Origin: Chiloscyllium plagiosum
Taxonomy: Eukaryota
Direction: 5' to 3'
DNA length: 64,000 nucleotides
NCBI RefSeq assembly: GCF_004010195.1
Contig: NC_057719.1
Span: 3,893,902 to 3,957,901 of the forward strand
Under the pieces are notes generated by a model, which made no database searches, was not told where the DNA came from, and saw only the letters and a list, made by a program, of their open reading frames with translations. Both the position numbers and the translations under genes were made by a program. Of this stretch, positions 61,802 to 64,000 are shown in pieces (positions within the stretch are counted from its first letter, which is position 1; every line of letters begins with the position of its first letter).

Positions 61802-62618
61802 CCGTATGTCCTTAGGAGAGTATTGATCAATTTTGTGACCAAGTGTGACTCCAGACTGATAGCAATGACTGCCCACTGAGCAATTAGGGATGGGCAATGA
61901 ATACTGGCCTAGCCAGTGATGCCCACATCATTTGAATTTAAAAATACCCTTAAAAATGTTACATTCTGGCCAGCTATGAATGATTAATAATGTTTTTAAC
62001 ATGCGATGTATTCCAATCAAACTCTCCTGCAGGTGTTGCCTCTTGCTGAGCTATATGGTCACCAGTTCTGGCTTTCCTCCAACATGTCACTCAAAAGTCA
62101 TTCTTCAGGTCTGAGCTTAATAGTGAGTGTCAGTAGGATGAACAGTGAAGGGCATTGGAGTCAAAACCCATACCTGCCCTATCGTGTGATGACAAAGAAT
62201 TACCTGAAAGCCCACAATTTCTTTTTTGTTTGGACCAAACATCCAACTGTCCACCTCTTTTGGTTTGGTGCTATTTCTATCTGGGAACATATCTGAAGGA
62301 TGCTGCTGTAGGGTAGCTCAGTAAATGTAAGTTGCTGTTAAGTGCAGTAGACACTACAGGTTTGTAAATATTTGAATTTCTTGTTTGATATAATACTGAA
62401 ATAAACACAAATAATTTGCATTTATTTAGAACTTTTAACCTCTCAAAATAACAAATTCTTTAATTTAGATGTGTATCAAAACTCCTGAAATTTTCTCCAA
62501 TTCCTTATCCATTATTCTCTTACATTTTACTGGTAAAATAAATGCAAATTATGTGTCCACATATATACTTTGGGATTGTTTATGCTCTGGTTGCCAAACA
62601 TTGTTTGTGATTTTACAG

Positions 62619-62714
62619 TGCAATCCACCCCTGGAGGTGAAGGATTTGTTTAAAGATATGCAAGATGGGAAGATCCTGATGGCTTTGCTGGAAGTGCTAT
62701 CTGGGCAAAGACTG
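62619..62714 (+). CDS. CLMN: Calmin coding exon 3 (CH1 domain)
   Basis: Acceptor ttttacag|TGC. 96 nt, phase 0, encoding CNPPLEVKDLFKDMQDGKILMALLEVLSGQRL (DG..L..LLEVLSG CH motif). Donor CTG|gtaaag. The gene continues beyond the window. Confidence 0.95.
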
Positions 62715-62879
62715 GTAAAGTTATTTAACACAATTGCACTTCTACAAACTTGTAGTTTATGACTTTGTTTATTTTGGTGCAATATCTTTACATAGCGGTA
62801 GATATCCTAGTGAGGAATATTATCATTAAGCAACTGTTTCAAAATGTTCAATAGCAATAAAAGTTATCTTCAATGTTTA

Positions 62880-64000
62880 CAAATCACTACTTGAGTCTCA
62901 ACTGAACTATTCTGTCCAAATCTGAACACTGTGCTTTAGAAAGGATATCAAGGTCTTAGAGTGGGAACAGAAAAGATTCACAGAATGGTACCAGTGTTCA
63001 GAGATTTCAGCATTACATTGGTGAGATTAGAGAAGGTTATGATTGTTCTCACTGTTAATATAGTGACATTCAATATGATGAGTCACCTATTTGAAAATTA
63101 TCTAATTATCAAGTTAGCCGAACATCAGTTTCTGGGGAATGCTAGACTTTATTATTAGGAGCTGTTAACAAAATCATAACATGAGAGTTCAGTAAACACA
63201 TTTATGACAGGAAATTTTGTATTTGACAATTCCGTATTAGAATGCAACTAGTGTGGTTAAGGAGAACCAGTAGATGTAGTGTATTTAGATTATAACAGGA
63301 GCATTCAGTAAAGAGCCTTACAATTTAAAAAAAAATAAAATTAGCATCCGTGGAATTGTTTATCAGCTCAGATTGAGAATTGGTTAATGATCAGAAACCA
63401 AAGACTAGGAATAAATATATACTTTCATGTTAGTAAACTGTATCAGTGAAATACCACAAGAATGGTACTTGGGCTTCAGCTATTTACAATCAATTTGAAT
63501 GACATTTGTGAGTGTGATTATTCAAGTTTGCTGATATTTCAAAGTTGGGTGGAAACGTCAACGGTGAGGAGGATGCAAAGAGGAATCACAGAATTTTACA
63601 GAACAAAAGGTGGCCATTTGACCTATTGATTCTTCTGTACTTGCTCCCAAAACAGCCACCCAGCTAGTCCCATTCTCGAGCACTACCTTCAAAGCCCTCT
63701 AAATTCAACACTTTTAAAATATATATCCAGTTCTTTTTCAAAACATCATATGGACTCCACCTCCACTCACTCTCCCAGTAAGTGCATTCCAAATCCTAAT
63801 AACTCTGAGTAATTAAGTTATTCATAGTCTCACTACCAGCTCTCTTGTTGACAATCTCAAAATTGTAACCCCTAGTTACTGACATATCAACTAGTGGAAA
63901 CAGAATTTTCTTCTTTACCCTGTCAAAATTGTTTATAACTTTGAAGGCCTCAACAAAGTCACCTCCTTAATCTTCTCTGCTCCAAGAAGAATAAGGAGAA
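62880..64000. mobile_element. Old CR1 LINE fragments in CLMN intron 3
   Basis: Degenerate VDVVYLD / KFAD motifs on +, CR1 3' end on - from ~63590. Confidence 0.65.

Noticed and set aside
62469..62762. 97-aa ORF (and 12261-12461) as complete genes
   Set aside because: They are CLMN exons read through into flanking intron or UTR. The true limits are given by splice sites.

Overview
Vertebrate genomic DNA, very likely a cartilaginous fish (shark-type repeat landscape: HE1/V-SINE, CR1/HER1-type LINEs, Penelope-like elements). The only host gene is the 5' end of calmin (CLMN) on the + strand: coding exon 1 (12303-12384), a ~47.3 kb intron 1, exon 2 (59677-59738) and exon 3 (62619-62714), encoding the start of the first calponin-homology domain. 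The rest is mostly nested, decayed transposable elements: an L1-clade LINE, many CR1 LINEs, a second APE-type LINE family, three SINE families, a Gypsy LTR element plus a solo LTR, a Harbinger remnant, Tc1/pogo-type MITEs, and at least a dozen Penelope-like insertions. There is one 904-N assembly gap. Three observations stand out. (1) Many Penelope copies carry minimal hammerhead ribozyme motifs, four of them sense within CLMN intron 1 and several in near-perfect hairpins. (2) Three separate retroposed 3' tails sit at the same homologous TATA-box position in two different Gypsy LTR copies, suggesting a target-specific retrotransposon. (3) A LINE appears to begin with a tRNA-like head running straight into an endonuclease ORF, and a common SINE here looks like its internal-deletion derivative. 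Repeat family names come from motif recognition only, with no database search, and repeat boundaries are approximate unless delimited by a target-site duplication (TSD).
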